Shown: positions 5,701-5,858 of the stretch, piece after piece
Layout of the letters: each line of letters begins with the position of its first letter
Position numbering within the stretch: position 1 is the stretch's first letter
Source: Candidatus Iainarchaeum sp.
GTDB taxonomy: Archaea; Iainarchaeota; Iainarchaeia; Iainarchaeales; CSSED10-239
Direction: 5' to 3'
Length of the DNA stretch: 5,858 nucleotides
Assembly (NCBI GenBank): GCA_028700905.1
Contig: JAQVRT010000041.1
Span: forward strand, 1 to 5,858
Position numbers and translations under genes: made by a program
Notes under the pieces: model-generated
The model's database searches: none
Told to the model about the DNA's origin: nothing
What the model saw: the letters and a program-made list of their open reading frames with translations, nothing else

Positions 5701-5858
5701 AAATAATATTATTAAGGGTGCTTCTTCTCTAAATTTTAAGGATGATTATTCTTCAGTAATTGATTTCTTTTCAAATTATTTAGTGTTTGACAGATTATCT
5801 ATCTTTTATCCTGATAATTTAGTTTTTAGTTTTGAAACTTCTGAAAATTTAGCAACTA
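2651..5858 (+). CDS. Large secreted or membrane-anchored protein of unknown function. It is 3'-partial, has at least 1069 codons and continues past the window end.
   Basis: This ORF is not in the supplied track. The ATG at 2651 is the first canonical start after the in-frame TAA at 2552-2554. I walked every codon from 2651 to 5857 and found no TAA, TAG or TGA. The N-terminus MIKRYFTIIFFIFLIIGLSVPIFSA|E is a classic signal peptide. Codon usage matches ORF1 (AGA for Arg, T/A-ending codons). No Shine-Dalgarno motif lies upstream. I recognise no conserved domain. Confidence 0.88.
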   Translation, partial: MIKRYFTIIFFIFLIIGLSVPIFSAEINLNPSKTYYYNQEIDLGTTSLPEETFYVNLKITSENRTLFERDFLKDEAFNIPFIFQDFYPSSLTLTYNYFSVSKDLLETKEASLLLTKLNQEIEYFFCNEIECEKELFDVIEENEDFYLSSSLKNMSFTVKITSQDYLKDYKEVSLPLKLNLKEGVYSLEISTILDDSIFSKTLDVIVVSQDQISSPEKNPSDLEGLGSGVQGVPSQNIFQKIKSNSLQDNLRSYWYILLIIIILLFLIFKKRKKEPMQENIKKESSLSRREARKMHLFILLIIISLFSQITFANFVDKEYEFSYFTDDYKLLEKNFPQENEISLYLTNLKQSNSYFLPLINHTNQSLINPQKKELYQGTLEYIPISSLFAIDINKSQGNYAPFLPNEQYSQYCKPVLDYFKNHPVSTKVDLINRNKFYLTNYIGFSKECIDELISKRWLQEKYVLAEIKYSPKDFDNQSKIIQEELFFESDLFSDSLTLPINIIKTDSAVVYTYPDPKNYNSIRLEVEENGWILSNRVNYPYSFTEMETVFTFNLTEGAFGSFRYTLNNYNENYADVTVNYLDKEESLSFSNFLSSSYFSINDSNFNTDVISKLNRNNGHLIFNNYQLYNIVENRRKRRLSINDNYQDSLNVLSRKEYSLVYTPSFYNENNFYLHLNSGKYLNPIIKGNMHLFYDVDPLLFKTIDLFMINNDNGRYYFSENMANYNYSTTSFLLENDTVKINEIYSSKDYTSFHILFKDENVPIVISTDRKNILSTKDPYFYIYKDYFIMTLNGTLRVYKNKNINITEKVNTYSNYDDKFLTLTGRNPDFDKNQNIYFTNNLKLFNDYIYDVSTAQDLSLIEQKVFWANSFKKADLEVDDWFSENSFCDSNLSMEDFNKVSENLKRLNFTILKYPNLNLTPFSNVLENTKNYIIPRNTFTKENYNFLCNYTKEDSFRNYSNIILNSSEYLNDQNSFIEQLSFFQTPISQIYGHPDNYKAKYLSDYFTSYKEGIIFIDENNIIKGASSLNFKDDYSSVIDFFSNYLVFDRLSIFYPDNLVFSFETSENLAT
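3407..3472 (+). other. Transmembrane anchor with a polybasic stop-transfer tail (YWYILLIIIILLFLIF-KKRKKE)
   Basis: Direct translation. A hydrophobic helix followed by K/R residues is the architecture normally seen at the extreme C-terminus of anchored surface proteins. Here it sits about 260 codons into a much longer ORF. Confidence 0.7.
3455..3469 (+). repeat. A7-G-A7 homopolymer tract inside ORF2
   Basis: The sequence aaaaaaa g aaaaaaa encodes KKRKK. One extra nucleotide here leads to a stop at 3490-3492, and one missing nucleotide leads to a stop at 3549-3551. Confidence 0.85.
3530..3586 (+). other. In-frame internal ATG followed by a second signal-peptide-like segment (MHLFILLIIISLFSQITFA|N). 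It could be an independent start or a second TM helix.
   Basis: Direct translation. It lies 19 codons after the basic tail of the first anchor and ends in a T-F-A cleavage-like motif. If used as a start, it would give a separate secreted protein of more than 775 aa (3530..>5858). Confidence 0.5.

Noticed and set aside
1-5858. I looked for a DGR reverse transcriptase, Avd-like gene or template repeat, and for CRISPR repeats, IS or transposon ends and integrase or recombinase genes, anywhere in the window.
   Set aside because: None was found. The only long frames are the two + strand CDSs described. There are no spaced direct repeats and no long terminal inverted repeats, and no second copy of 2190-2310 appears on either strand by eye. 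The DGR hypothesis therefore rests on the VR-side signature only and needs flanking sequence.

Overview
This is a very AT-rich window with two long coding regions, both on the + strand, separated by a spacer of about 340 bp. No rRNA, tRNA, CRISPR array, transposase or integrase is recognisable.

(1) CDS 9..2312. Its frame is also open back to the 5' window edge. It encodes a protein of at least 767 aa with IYYT-type beta-sandwich-like modules, a Ser-rich linker, a lytic-transglycosylase (SLT)-like motif block (AESSFN...GLVQL) and a clear C-terminal DUF1566 / Lcl-C-terminal (C-type-lectin-fold) domain (DDWYLPSKEQ...YYWTSS...VRCVRD).

(2) CDS 2651..>5858. I re-walked this frame codon by codon and found 1069 codons with no stop. 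The supplied ORF track omits it, presumably because it has no stop inside the window. It encodes a signal peptide, an ectodomain of about 250 aa with two related modules, a hydrophobic anchor with a KKRKKE tail, then a second Met-initiated signal-peptide-like segment and more than 770 aa with no domain I recognise.

The most interesting signal is in the last ~110 nt of ORF1, inside the DUF1566 domain. There the sequence switches abruptly to A-depleted, NNC-rich codons. The stop codon is followed directly by two strong stem-loops and a GC-rich block. This is the expected look of a diversity-generating retroelement (DGR) variable region with its downstream target-recognition structure. No template repeat or reverse transcriptase lies in this window, so the call is inference and must be tested on the flanking contig.

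The second signal is a junction inside ORF2 that looks like a gene end followed by a gene start. It is bridged by an A7-G-A7 homopolymer tract, and a 1-nt change there would split the ORF into two secreted proteins.

All domain calls come from motif recognition by eye. No searches were run.
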